Of a stretch of 64,000 nucleotides of DNA, positions 1 through 12,042 are shown piece by piece; within the stretch, counting starts at the first letter, position 1; the number at the start of each line of letters is the position of its first letter. The notes under the pieces were generated by a model. The model was given only the letters and a program-made list of their open reading frames with translations, was not told where the DNA came from and ran no database searches. This DNA comes from Octopus sinensis (Eukaryota): contig NC_043002.1 of assembly GCF_006345805.1 (NCBI RefSeq), forward strand, positions 90,954,001 through 91,018,000. Direction: 5' to 3'. A program made the translations under genes and the position numbers.

Positions 1-9
1 ATCACCACC

Positions 10-43
<34 letters not shown>

Positions 44-62
44 TCATCATTCTCTTCTTCTT

Positions 63-137
<75 letters not shown>
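1..137. repeat. Compound trinucleotide microsatellite (ACC)n-(ATC)n-(TTC)n-(TTA)n
   Basis: Four adjacent pure arrays read directly from the sequence. Confidence 0.97.
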
Positions 138-574
138 TGTATATTGTGTTTGTTTGTGTGTGCGTGTGTTACTGTGTATTTGCACAGTTTTATATACATA
201 TCTACATTTTAAGTGGCATTTGACAAATTACATATCATTTAAAATCATTACAAATTAAAACTGACTAAACAACGTTGTATGTATCTGTATTCAGTTGAGC
301 AAAGAAGTGTAATTGGAAAAAGATAAAATTCAGCTTCCATATTTACTTAAACAGTACATATGTTGATATCTATAGAAAGTAGATACTCTTATAGAAACGG
401 TATCTTAGATAATAGAATCAACTGCTATGGCAATATTGTATAAAGATGGTGATGTTTAAGCATCATATTACTGGCTGCTGCAGGAGGAACCTCTTTGAAG
501 TATGTTGTTTGGTAGGACTGGAATATAAGCCACATGTTTGTAAGTACTAATTTTACAATGACTGGCCCATGTGT

Positions 575-798
575 AAAAATTCGAGCGAGGTCGTTGCCCG
601 TACTGCCTGACTGGCCCCCGTGCCGGTGGCATGTAGAAGCACCCACTACACTCTCGGAGTGGTTGACGTTAGGAAGGGCATCCAGCTGTAGAAACTCTGC
701 TAGATCTGACTGGAGCCTGGTGCAGCCATCTGGTTCGCCAGTCCTCAGTCAAATCGTCCAACCCATGCTAGCATGGAAAGCGGACGTTAAATGACGAC

Positions 799-829
<31 letters not shown>
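575..829 (+). mobile_element. SINE family C copy with (GAT)n tail
   Basis: Body 'ggttgacgttaggaagggcatccagctgtagaaac...cccatgctagcatggaaagcggacgttaaa' plus (GAT)n tail; more than 10 related copies in the window. Confidence 0.85.
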
Positions 830-959
830 TATTGTTGTACCTCCAAGTATGGCCTGTTAGGTATGGTTTGGGATGAATGAATAAAACCAGGTTCCACTCT
901 CTGTATGAGAGTTCACAGTTTAACAGTTGGAAGAAGAGAGTCCTTCATATCTTTTTCCT

Positions 960-1175
960 TCTAACTTTTACTTGTTTCAGTCACTGGATTGTGGCCGTGC
1001 TGGAGCACTGCCTTGAATGGATTCAGTAGAATTAGTAAAAAAAATCGACTCTGGTGCTTACTGTTTTAACTCTAGTACTGATTCTATTAGCCTTGTTTGC
1101 TGAACTGCTAAGTTACAGGGACATAAACAAACTGATACTGGTTCTCAAGGAATGAGGGGAACAAACACAAATATG
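960..1175 (-). mobile_element. SINE family B, 3' part
   Basis: Reverse complement matches the 3' half of full copies at 29893 and 47070 (cagcacggccac...actgaaacaagtaaaag). Confidence 0.75.
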
Positions 1176-1397
1176 TATACTTCAACCATGTAACCACACA
1201 TGTACTTTTCTTGAACTATTCTTTGCCCTCTCTCTAGAGCTTTCCTTTTTCCCCTTTCTGATGAAGAGCCATACTCAAAACATCTCCCCACCTTTTTTCT
1301 ATCTTAAACTGAATGTCAACCTAATATTTTCACTGTGTACATCCTCTTGGCTTTTGTCGTTTTTATTTTTAGTTTTTAATTTGCCTATATACATACA

Positions 1398-1435
<38 letters not shown>

Positions 1436-1540
1436 TATATATATATATATTCATATACTCTGTGGAGTGGTTGGTGTTAGGAATGGCATCCAGCTGTAAA
1501 ACCCCTACCAAAACAGACACAGAAGTTTGGTGTGATCATC

Positions 1541-1746
1541 TTATTTTTTTATTGCCCACAAGGGGCTAAACATAGAGGGGACAAACAAGGACAGACAAAG
1601 GGATTAACTCGATTACATCGACCCCAGTGTGTAACTGGTACTTAATTTATCGACCTCGAAAGAATGAACATCAAAGTTGACCTTGGCGGAATTTGAACTC
1701 AGAATTTCGCCCGGCATGCTAACGTTTCTGCCAGCTTGCTGCCTTT
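1541..1746 (-). mobile_element. SINE family A, internally deleted
   Basis: Matches the full copy at 6872-7104 but lacks the segment between 'tcagaa' and 'tttcgcccgg'. Confidence 0.85.
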
Positions 1747-1754
1747 ATCACGCC

Positions 1755-1830
1755 ATCTGGTGTGATCTTCTGTCTGGCCAGCTCCTGTCAAACCATCCAA
1801 CCCATGCCTGCATGGAAGACGGGCGTTAAG

Positions 1831-1867
<37 letters not shown>

Positions 1868-2015
1868 ATGATGATGGGCTTCCACGCAGTTTCCTTTGAC
1901 CAAATTGACTTACAAGGCATTGGTCATTTCAGGACTGATCAATGCAGAAGACACTTGCCTGAGGTGCATTGCAGTAGAACTGAACCCAAAACCCATCTGG
2001 TTGCAAAGCAAAAAA
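1755..2015. mobile_element. SINE C 3' end (+) abutting SINE B head (-)
   Basis: 'ccatccaacccatgcctgcatggaagacgggcgttaag(tga)n' followed by the reverse complement of the B head ('gaagacacttgcc...gaactgaaccc'). Confidence 0.7.
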
Positions 2016-2294
2016 CAAGTTTGCTCTGACTAACAAGCCATCACACTGAATGATGCAAACAACAAGAACAACTCCAACAACAATTTTATTATCCATTTTA
2101 CAACCATAGCAAACCAGGGACAATTTCATTGTTCATAGAACAACAACTACAACAACAACAGATCCAATCTTATCTATGGAACGAGAATAACAGAAAACAT
2201 CTACAAGTAATAATGCTATCATGTTAACAGGTAAAAAAAACTTATGACAATGGGGGAGGGGGGGCTGGAGATGGAGTGATGGTAAGGGGTGTGC

Positions 2295-2673
2295 AGTGGT
2301 GGTGGTGGTGGTGTTGCTGGTAGTGGTGTTGGTGGTGGTGGTGGTGGTGGTGGTGGTGGTGGTGGTGGTGGTGGTGGTGGTGGTGGTGGTGGTGGTGTGG
2401 TGGTGGTGTTGGTGGTGGTGGTGTGTTGGTGGTGGTGGTGGTGGTGGTGTTGGTGGTGGTGGTGGTGGTGGTGGTGGTGGTGGTGGTGTTGGTGGTGGTG
2501 GTGGTGGTGGTGGTTGTCTAGGTAGGCAAACATGACACTGTGAAGTTTCATGGATTTCAATAAATTTGTACAACATGAGGAGGAAGATTTCTCCCTTTCT
2601 GTGCAGCATACAAACTTAATCAGTGTTAACAACACTGTTAGTAACTCCAAACATACATAACAACACCAACACC

Positions 2674-2705
<32 letters not shown>

Positions 2706-3035
2706 CTTTTACAGGATACACACTGTGCTATCAGCTTGTTGCACCACCACCACCAACTCCTACCACTACTACTATCATCACTACTGCTACCACCACCATC
2801 TTTGTATCACATCCAACATTGCAATCACCACCACCACCACTACTACCAACTCCTATTATCATTACCATCATCACTGCCACCATCACAACCACCACCACCA
2901 CCACCACCACCACCACCACCACCACCACCACTACCTTTGTATCACACCCACCACTGCAATCACCACCACCACCACCACCACTCACCATCACCATCCTTCC
3001 ATTACCAGCTCCCACTGACACCACCACCACCACTT
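2295..3035. repeat. (GGT)n array followed by (CAC/CAA)-rich degenerate arrays
   Basis: Direct reading; these arrays generate the poly-P/H/T/V/G ORFs in the track. Confidence 0.95.
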
Positions 3036-3627
3036 AATTTGCAGCCTGCTGTACACTGTCTGATTGACAATGGTGCAGTGCAGTCAGGTGCATCTTCTGT
3101 GCATAAACATATTTTAAATGTGTGTAGTGTTGTAACGATTAATGGATTCACCCTATGAATATAGGTGAAATGGCATCCCTTCACGTGAATGTATGACGTA
3201 GATGCACACAGACACATACTCACATACATGTACTCACACACACATGTATGCACTTGTGTACACTCACGTGCCTTTACCTATTCACCCACGCATCTTCACA
3301 AACACACATGTACACACACACACACAACATATGTATACACCTGTTTATACAGACACAATTAGACACACTCACACACATGCCTACATGTGCACACATGTAT
3401 ATGCATATACGAGTGGGGGGGGGGGGGCTTTGGATAAAAGAGAACGCAGGAGGATCAGTTAATTATGATCTTATTCAACGTGTTTGCCTTCTCAGATTCA
3501 CACACTTATTGCAGTGGCCCTTCAATTTTTCTAAGCCCTGTTAAAGAACTTGGAAGGTTAGGCCTTCAACTAAGCCTTTCACAATACCCTTAAAGCCAGT
3601 AACATTTCAGTACTCCTCGTATATGTA

Positions 3628-3990
3628 TATAGGTGCAGGCATAGCTGTGTGTAAGAAGCTAACTTCCCAACCATGTGGTCCAGGGTTCAGTCCCACCGCA
3701 TGGCGTCTTGGGCAAGTGTCTTCTGCTATAGCTTCTGGCTGACCAAAGTCTTGTGATTGCATTTGGTAGACGGAAGCTGAAAGAAGCCTGTTGTATGTGT
3801 GTGTGTGTGTGTGTTTGTCCTGTCTGTCACTGCTTGACAACCAGTGTCAGTGTGTTTACATTCTCGTAATTTTGTGGTTCAGCAAATGATACCGATAGAG
3901 TGTGTACTAGGCTTAAAAAATAAGTCAATTTATTCAGTTAGTACCCTTCAAGATAATGATCCAGCATGGCTGCAATCAAATGACAGGATG
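3628..3990 (+). mobile_element. SINE family B, near full length
   Basis: tRNA-like head (ggttcagtccc box-B-like), CORE-like 'cttgggcaagtgtcttctgctatagc', internal (TG)n, 3' 'ccagcatggctgcaatcaaatgac'. Confidence 0.85.
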
Positions 3991-4011
3991 TTTGATTTTT
4001 ATTATTCTCGG

Positions 4012-4258
4012 TACATGTCCTCAGATTGACACCCAAACACTTTGAAATGTTGGTATTGGAGCTTCCAGCGCGAATGCCAAGCATTACAGCATGTCATTTC
4101 CAAATTTCCCTCAGAGTCAATTGCGTCATGGTGCTGTTTTCCTCACAGACGGTGCCCAACTGGCTGTACTATACTGTGTAGTTGACAAAATCAAAAACAG
4201 TGTGCATGCACGAAATTAAAAATATAAAATTCTAGTAATTTACCCATGACACCCTGTA
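4012..4258 (-). mobile_element. Tc1/mariner-superfamily 5' end remnant
   Basis: Minus strand starts TA-CAGGGTGT (typical terminus, 4249-4258); from ATG at 4129 it reads MTQLTLREIWK*HAVMLGIRAGSSNTNISKCLGVNLRT, like a transposase N-terminal HTH, with one stop. Confidence 0.65.
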
Positions 4259-5157
4259 CGCATATATATATATGTGTGTGTATGTGTATATACACACACA
4301 CATATATATAGAGAGAGAGAGAGAAAGTAGGAGAGAGACAGAGAGTGAGAGATTATAGTTAATTAATTAAACCTGGTTGGCATTAGCACTTTCCCTCTTC
4401 TCGTACACATAAACAAAGAGAGAGACAGAGAGGGAGTGAAAGTGAAGAGGGAGAATGAAAGGAACATTAAAACATCTGATGTCAAATAAGTCATCATCAA
4501 ATCAATGATATCCAATAGGCAGCACCAAAACAGCTGTACCAAAATATCTCGCACTCTGCTGGTATGGGTTGGATGGTTAGCATAGTCCAAAATCAGTTCT
4601 TATTCAGAATTGCTATCCTCTAAGATAGCTTGAAGGACCACATCTCATGTATTTCATTTTTTGTTTTTACTCAGCTTCTCAGGCTGGATGTCCTAACTAT
4701 CACAGACTACTGCATAGACTGTCTGGCTGCATTTGTCGTGATACTAGCATTAAAAGTAGTTTTCCTGTCCATGACAAGACTAAAGTATCCTCAATGTTTT
4801 CCTTTATTCATGAACCACTTTATAGAATGTCCTGGATTGATTTTTATATTGGCCCTATCACTAGCGGGATTGCTTGTTCTCAATAAGATTTAAGAGTTGC
4901 TATCACTGCATAATGCATGCATTTACTCAGGGCTACATAGCTGAGGAGATGAATGAAAGATACAGTAATGATAGAAAAATCATGGAGCCAAAGGGAGCCA
5001 AAAATGTGATTGGAATGAGAGGGTGAGAGAGTGACTGTTAGTAACTGAGGGGGATAAACAGTAAGAGTGAATAATCCTTTCAACTATAGGCACAAGGCCT
5101 GAAATTTTGTGGGTGGGGGCTAGTCAATTACATCAACTCTGTTTTCCTAACTGGTAC

Positions 5158-5215
<58 letters not shown>

Positions 5216-5217
<2 letters not shown>

Positions 5218-5761
5218 GCCCTGATGCAGTACCAGGCAGTGGCTCTCATGGCTGCTGATCTTATCTGATTGAAAATATTATCATGTACATTGTTTTGTCT
5301 TGGTATTAAAGATGGGCTACAGCAAATATTCTGCTCAATATCACAGATTTGCTTGTCAGTTGTTGAGCATATCTCTTAGTGGCTGACGATATGTGCATCT
5401 CTGATCACGAGCAGAAATAGTTGGGGAGCATCATAGCCATGTGTTGAGAGGGATTCTTTGGGGTTTGAATAATTCACCTCTGGAAACATGGGTGGTTCGT
5501 TCAACGTCCTTGAACAATCCTTATTCAGGGACCTTTTGAGCGGGATGAGCTACTCGACCAGAAGGAAATTCTAACTGGGCCCCACCTGCAAGGTCATGCA
5601 CTGTTTATCTTGATATGAGATCAGATCACCATGTCACGCACATATGGTTGTGATGCATGTGCCTGGTGTACCCTTATCAGATGGGTAGTCATGATGGGTA
5701 TACTGGGCTTTGTATATTTTACCCCAGTGTCACTTTGATGGCACGCACTGCTTTCTCACTC
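5216..5761. mobile_element. ~545-bp non-coding interspersed element (family F) between two (AAT)n arrays
   Basis: More GC-rich block bounded exactly by (AAT)n at 5160-5215 and from 5762; single copy here, so mobile status is inferred. Confidence 0.5.
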
Positions 5762-6007
5762 AATAATAATAATAATGATAATAATAATCTCTATAATAAT
5801 AACCTTAATAATAATAATCTTTTCTACAATAGGTACAAGGCCTGAAATGTTGTGAGTTATTTACTTCAACTCCAGTGCTCAGTTGGTATTCATTATATTA
5901 ACCCTGTTTGAACTCAGAATGTAAAGCCAGAAGAAATGTTGTGAAGCATTTTGTCCAGCATGCTGCTTATGTGCTAAGAATTCTGTCAGTTCATTGCCTT
6001 AAATAAT

Positions 6008-6185
6008 TTCGATTCCTGGACTGGGTGACACATTGTGTTCTTGAGCAAAACACTTCATTTCCCGTTGCTCCAGTCCACTCAGCTGGCAGAAATGAATAAT
6101 CCTGCAACGGATCAGCATCCTGTCCAGGTGAGGAACATATATGCCATTGGAACCAGGAAACCGGCCCTCATGAGTCTGGCATGGC
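6008..6185 (+). mobile_element. SINE family E-like head/core
   Basis: 'ttcgattcctggactggg...gtgttcttgagcaaaacacttcatttc...ttgctccagtccactcagctgg' shared with E copies. Confidence 0.65.
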
Positions 6186-6285
6186 TCAAGAAGAAAACTG
6201 CCTTAGTAAGAATAAATAATGGATGTCAGTAGTAGGTGGCCCCTAAAAGGAGGTGAGAGAACAATGACTGGAAATATATAAAGGA

Positions 6286-6654
6286 CTAGCACTATAACCT
6301 GGCAACGCCAAGTCATACTGCTAGTGCATGCATATACAGCTGTGTGCATGCACACATACACACGAGTACTGTCCAAATCTCCGACCAATCACATACAGCT
6401 AGCTGGCATTCAATTGGCGTATCAAGTTTTGGGCATTTTGATTGGGTTTTGGATAGAAAATTCACAAAAAAGTCACTTCTATTGATTTTTTAATGGCTTT
6501 GCAGGGTGACTGGGGAAATGTAAAGATGGATGTGCACGACCACCCTTGGACGGTTTTGAATGACCATAGAAAGTGCAAACCCTCTAAATTGAAAAATTGT
6601 GGATTTGTATAAAGGACACACACACAGACATTTTGCCGTTAATATATATAGAGA
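6286..6654 (-). mobile_element. Non-autonomous Helitron
   Basis: Minus strand 5' TC (6653-6654) to 3' CTAG (6286-6289), short subterminal hairpin (tggc-aac-gcca), inserted at A|T with no TSD. Confidence 0.7.
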
Positions 6655-6871
6655 TAATATTGCTCATATATATAGTGTGGTGCTTTCATTCATCGATCAG
6701 TAAACTAAATTTCATCTTGGATAAGGATAAATCTATCTGCTTGATAAGCTAACAGACACTCCATGATACTTTCTTTCAGTTGTATCTCCATAATCAGGCC
6801 ATATTCCTCCACCTTGCCGGTACTACTGCTGCTGTTGTTGCTTGTTATATCTGTACTCATTGTCCACTACC

Positions 6872-7104
6872 TATTTCTTTATTACCCACAAGGGGCTAAA
6901 CACAGAAGGGACAAACAAGGACAGACATAGGTATTAAGTCGATTACATCGACCCCAGTGCGTAACTGGTACTTAATTTATCGACCCCGAAAGGATGAAAG
7001 GCAAAGTCGACCTCGGCGGAATTTGAACTCAGAACGTAACGGCAGACGAAATACCGCTAAGCATTTCGCCCGGCGTGCTAACGTTTCTGCCAGCTCGCCG
7101 CCTT
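6872..7104 (-). mobile_element. SINE family A, full length, 13-bp TSD
   Basis: TSD attgtccactacc at 6859-6871 and 7105-7117; tRNA-like head 'ggcggcgagctggcagaaacgttagc...gagttcaaattcc'; central 'gcctttcatcctttcggggtcgataaattaagtaccag' resembles the Deu/Nin SINE domain (recalled, not searched). Confidence 0.92.
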
Positions 7105-7669
7105 ATTGTCCACTACCACCCCCACCACCCCCACTGAAAGATATAAAAAAATATGTCTGTGTTTAATTACACCTCTCAGAATCTCTAGTTCATCCTTTCC
7201 TCTTTATCTTGGAGTATCTTGTCTGCTTGTAAACTCAGGTAAACTCCCCAAAACTCTCAACAATATCTCTATGATCAAGCCATACTGTGTCACTACTTCT
7301 TCGCTCTTACATCTTCCACTGTAACATATATATATCGTGTGCATTCCTTCCTCTTTTAAATCCTCAGCACAACCCTTCTTTCCAATAAATCCACTGCAAT
7401 AATATTTCCTAATCTCTTTATCTTTTGCCCTTACTTTCTCTCTTCCTCCATCACTTTCTCTCTTCCTCCTTATTCAATCTCCCTTTCTCCCCACCTTTCT
7501 CTTTTCAATTATTTCTCTTCTGCAATTCATCAAACAACAAACCACATCCAATATTTAATTCTAATCACTGTTGCCTTTCTTTTTGTTCCTTAGATTTTCC
7601 AGAAAACCAAAAAAAAAAAAAAAAGCGTAGATATTCTATCTCAACTAATGACTGACAAATAAAGATTGT

Positions 7670-7865
7670 TGGTTACCTTATCAGAAATAGCAAGCAAATC
7701 TCACTCAAATTACACTGTTTTAGTTTTAAAGGAGTATGAGATACTTGTATATTGTATTTAATACACTGTAGCTTAAAGAAGATCAGGAAGATCATAAATG
7801 GAATACTTTTTATCACAGGTTTTCTCACATAAGACTGACATGGCACTAAACATCAACAACAGTAA
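7670..7865 (+). mobile_element. Interspersed repeat family H
   Basis: 'agaaatagcaagcaaatctc...' shared with 29285-29475 and 43330-43515. Confidence 0.55.
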
Positions 7866-8715
7866 TATGTTTAACAATGTCTTTCATATATTCTATCGAA
7901 TTCAGGTTCAAATAAGTTAATACTCCCTGTCTATTCCAGTATTCCACACTAAAATGTTTATCTCGGCCCTACAATAATAGAAAGAATATATTAGAAAGCA
8001 TTATTAAATGTTTGTCTGTGTGTGTCCCTTTGGTTGTATGTGTGTGTCTTTCTGTGGTTCTTTTGTGTGTGTGTGTGTGTGTGAGTGTGTGCATGGTGGG
8101 TGTATGATAGTGTCATTTTTGTCTATGTAAAGTCTTTCTTGCTTCAGCCTTTCCAGCGTTCTCACTCTCTCACTCCTATATACTTTGTGTTCCACTTACA
8201 AGCACAGAAATTCTTTCCCCCCACCACCACCAACCTTCTCTTTCCATAAACACTCATTCTCTTATAACTCTCTTTCCACCCAACCCTTTACACACATTTC
8301 TTGTCCTCTCAACAACAACAACAACAACAAAACCAAAGAAAGGCAAAAAAAACCACCTAAATAAACAAAACAAATCAACAAAATTCAATCATGAAATATC
8401 AATAATTAAATGCATCTATACACATACTGTACCTATTTTAGTGCAGTTGCAATATTAGCTGCAATCTAAGGATGCAGCAGCAGATATTTCAAACATTTGA
8501 CCATTAATGGAATATCAGTAAATATTCCATACAACATGTCTGCATATTGGAACCAAAGTGGGTGAGAAAGAATTTTGATGTGAAAACCAGCACAACAAGA
8601 TTTGATTTGTGCTGCTAATAATAATAATGGCTAGAGCCATCTCTTCAGGTCATAGGAAATAGTTGAATGAATTATGTCATTTGTGTCTGCTCTCTGTAAA
8701 GGCTGCGAGTGTTAG

Positions 8716-8913
8716 TTTTGATTTGTTTTACTTGTCTCAGTTATTGGACTGCAGCCATGCTGGAACAATGTCTTCAGGGGTTTTAGTCAAACAAATCAAC
8801 CCCAGAACTTATATATATATATATATATATATATAAATACATGCATACATGCATACATACATACATACATACATACATACATGCATATGTATGCATGTAT
8901 GTATGTATGTATG

Positions 8914-8967
<54 letters not shown>

Positions 8968-9432
8968 AACATACAAACCTACATATATATATATAGATAT
9001 ATGCACACATATACATGCATATATACACATACACACACAATATATATATATATACTCTTTACTCTTTTACTTGTTTCAGTCATTTGACTGTGGCCATGCT
9101 GGAGCACCGCCTTTAGTCAAGCAAATCGACCCCGGGACTTATTCTTTGTAAGCCCAGTACTTATTCTATCGGTCTCTTTTACTGAACTGCTGAGTGACAG
9201 GGATGTAAACACACCAGCATCGGTTGTCAAGCAATGATAGGGGGACAAACACAGACACACACATATATATATATACATATATACGACAGGCTTCTTTCAG
9301 TTTCCGTCTACCAAATCCACTCACAAGGCATTGGTCGGCCCGGGGCTATAGCAGAAGACACTTGCCCAAGATGCCACGCAGTGGGACTGAACCCAGAACC
9401 ATATGGTTGGTTAGCAAGCTACTTACCACACT
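8716..9432 (-). mobile_element. SINE B 3' fragment, (TA)/(TACA) array, and full SINE B
   Basis: 8716-8810 matches the B 3' end; 9056-9432 is the reverse complement of the copy at 47070. Confidence 0.85.
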
Positions 9433-10456
9433 GGCATGGGTTGGACAGTTTGACCAGAACTGGTAAGCTGAGGGGCTGCACCAAACTCCTATCTGATTTG
9501 GCATGGTTTCTATGACTGGATGTTCTTCTTAATGCCAACCCCAAAAGCTTCCGTGTAGAATGTGAGCTCCTCGTACCAATATCAAACTATCAAGTTTGTA
9601 CTAGGTAATTTTCCTTTTTGCTAGTTTTGCAGTAACCATCAAGGGTGGTCATGTTATGTTTTTGGAGGAGAGATATTTACACAGAACTCACTCTGTAATT
9701 CATTTAACTGCAATGTATGACAGTTATGGCATATGTTTATATTTTAGACGCACCACCAGCACCACCACCACCACTTGCCACCCCATGAAGATGACTCTTA
9801 GATCATGTTGGGGACAAACATTTACAATCTTGACGACACCAACTACATTCTTGTAATAGTTCACAATGATGAAGCTTTTTGACTCATCACTCTTAGATCA
9901 TTTGTAAGGGCAAATTAATTTACCCATGAATGTCTTCTGTTGACAGTTCCTGTACATTTTGGATAATTTATCATAAATTCAGAAGGGTCTGTGAATTCAT
10001 TATTCAATTCGCACCTAATAATAGCATCCACTTGTCCAATATCTGCTGTTGATGTTTTCTTTGGAGCGAGAGACAATTCATTTTATTTTGTGTTGTTATT
10101 TCAGCTGGTCTTTGTTACTCCCATTTGTTAATGAATGGTAATTGTATCACAGCAGGGCTTTGAATTTCCAAAAACAGGGCGTTTCAATTTGTAATAAATG
10201 TATTTTAGGAAGTTAATCTATCACCAATCACAAAGTCAGTAGATTTTTTAATTCACACATAGCACAATTGATCTTTTATTTAGCAGTTTATTGATGTAAA
10301 TAGTGAAGTTCTGAATTCTTCCTGTGAGCTGTTCTTTTAGAGCTGTTTGTATTCTTTACTCACTGCTGTTTGTTTGCAAATTGTTACCAAATGTTTTTTT
10401 TTTTGTTTTGGTGAGGTAGTAGTTTTTTTTTTTTTTTTGCTTTTAATTTTGGTTGT

Positions 10457-10850
10457 AGTTAATGATTTGAGCAATTTTCCAATCCAATAGCAGAATCTAC
10501 TGAGCGGTTGATGCTGTTATTTATTATATATTTTCCTAGGCAAAGCAATATATTTCTTCTTAATAAACCTAGCTTGCTTCCATACATGCTTCATGCTGAA
10601 ATGCAAATAGTTTGAGCATTCCACATCCCAGAAGTACTTCATCATCCTCTGTTGTCAATAAGGAGGATGATAAAGGATTACTGGGAGGTAAGATAATCAA
10701 ATTATTTACATTTCAGCACGAAACAGGAATGGCAGCAAGCTAGGTTTTGTTAAGATGAAATACAGTTTTACCCAGCAAAATACATAATAAATAACAGTAT
10801 CAACAACTCGGTTGATTCTGGCAATAAGAAAATTGCTCAAACCATTAGCT
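10457..10850. repeat. Diverged fold-back inverted repeat (~190-bp arms, ~80% identical)
   Basis: Manual alignment of revcomp(10457-10649) to 10663-10850; centre ATCATCCTC/GAGGATGAT with 13-nt loop. Confidence 0.85.
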
Positions 10851-11340
10851 GGCTGGATGCTCAAACTTATCTGGAAATCACAGACTCTTGTCAACAAATG
10901 CAAAACTCTGGATCTTTAACATGATTCTGAAGACAGTTCTACTTATGCGTTTGAAACACGATGAGTCACAAAGTTTTACATCTACAAGTTCCAACAGATG
11001 TCTCCAAAACATCTTTTTAGTGAAATGGCAAGACAGACTGACAGACAAAGCCTTGCAGGAACAGAAAAATCAGCAGCCAATTGAAAACTGGATCAAGAAG
11101 GAGAAATGAGGTTGATGCAATACACCTTACAAAAATCTGTTTCCAACATTACAAAACAAGTCTCCCATGCTTCCATCTCCCAAGGGAAGCATGGGAGACC
11201 GAAAACAACATGGAGAAGGTCCATAGGAATCGAAGCACTTGCAATGGTTACATCTGGGTAAACTGCAATCTATTGTTGAAGATCAAGATTGATGGAGCTC
11301 TTTTGTTTGTGCCCTGTACTCCACATGTGAAGGCGGGTAG
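10700..11340 (+). mobile_element. RTE-clade LINE 3' fragment (pseudogenised)
   Basis: Frameshifted pieces LKLIWKS / AKLWIFN..KTVLL / NRCLQNIFLVKWQD / QQPIENWIKK / PQGKHGRPKTTWRRS match the RTE ORF C-terminus. Confidence 0.8.
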
Positions 11341-11645
11341 CAGTTGGGGTATTCAGCTCACGATTGTAAAGTTCTGAGTTCAATTCCTGGTGGCACGTTG
11401 TATCCTTGAGCAAAACACTTTACTTCACATTGCTCCAGTCCAATCAGATGGCAAAAATGAGTAGTACCTGTATTTCAAAGAGCCAGTCTTGTTCCATTGT
11501 GTCATGCTGAATCTCCCTGATAACTACATTAAGGGTATGCATGTCTGTGGAGTGCTCAGCCACTTGCTTATTGATTTCATGAGCAGGTGGTTATTTCAAT
11601 TGGATCAACTGGAACCCTCATCATTGTAACTGACAGAGTGTCATA
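11340..11645 (+). mobile_element. Chimeric SINE: E-type head/core with D-type 3' tail
   Basis: 5' 'ccttgagcaaaacactttacttcacattgctccag' as in E; 3' 'gtacctgtatttcaaag...gtctgtggagtgctcagccactt...ggaaccctc' as in D (39222). Confidence 0.75.
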
Positions 11646-11737
11646 CTCCACATGAGTAATAAGACTGATGATGAAGGAATACCTCATCCAGTTCAATTAA
11701 GGAGAATGTTCTCTGGACATTTTCTAGCTTATTGAAG

Positions 11738-12042
11738 AAAAAAAATAGTTGTCTTTGGTTAAATGCAGATAGGACCATACTTAGAGCTCATTGCAATAAT
11801 GAAGCCATGAAATTAATTTAATAGATAACACATGGATAACTACTACTATTAGCCCATGGCAAGACCAGAAAACGAGTCAGCTATCAGTGGCCATGGAATT
11901 ATCAAGAGAAATTCCAGTGGACTTTTGAAACTAGTAGTAGTTATCCATGTGTTATCTATTAAATTAATTTCATGGCTTCATTATTGCAATGAGCTCTAAG
12001 TATGGTCCTATCTGCATTTAACCAAAGACAACTATTTTTTTT
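11738..12042. repeat. Perfect 111-bp inverted repeat with 83-nt spacer
   Basis: 11738-11848 is the exact reverse complement of 11932-12042; extends imperfectly to 11726/12057. Confidence 0.95.

Noticed and set aside
295-326. Possible terminal exon reading VEQRSVIGKR* (neuropeptide-like GKR end)
   Set aside because: Only 10 codons, no upstream precursor exon identifiable; expected by chance.
330-480. Loose hairpin centred on 381-405
   Set aside because: Needs several bulges and a ~22-nt insertion in AT-rich sequence; cannot be told from chance by eye.
2133-3158. Poly-P/H/T/V/G ORFs
   Set aside because: All are translations of (GGT)/(CAC) arrays, open in several frames on both strands.
3415-3428. 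Run of about 14 G
   Set aside because: Isolated homopolymer, possibly a sequencing artefact; no supporting structure.
4630-4893. Two overlapping 79-87 aa ORFs after a plausible acceptor
   Set aside because: No recognisable domain in either frame and no donor or partner exon.
9690-10080. Protein-like open stretches on the minus strand and a 13-bp direct repeat (actcttagatcat)
   Set aside because: Broken by stops and frame changes; no family recognised.
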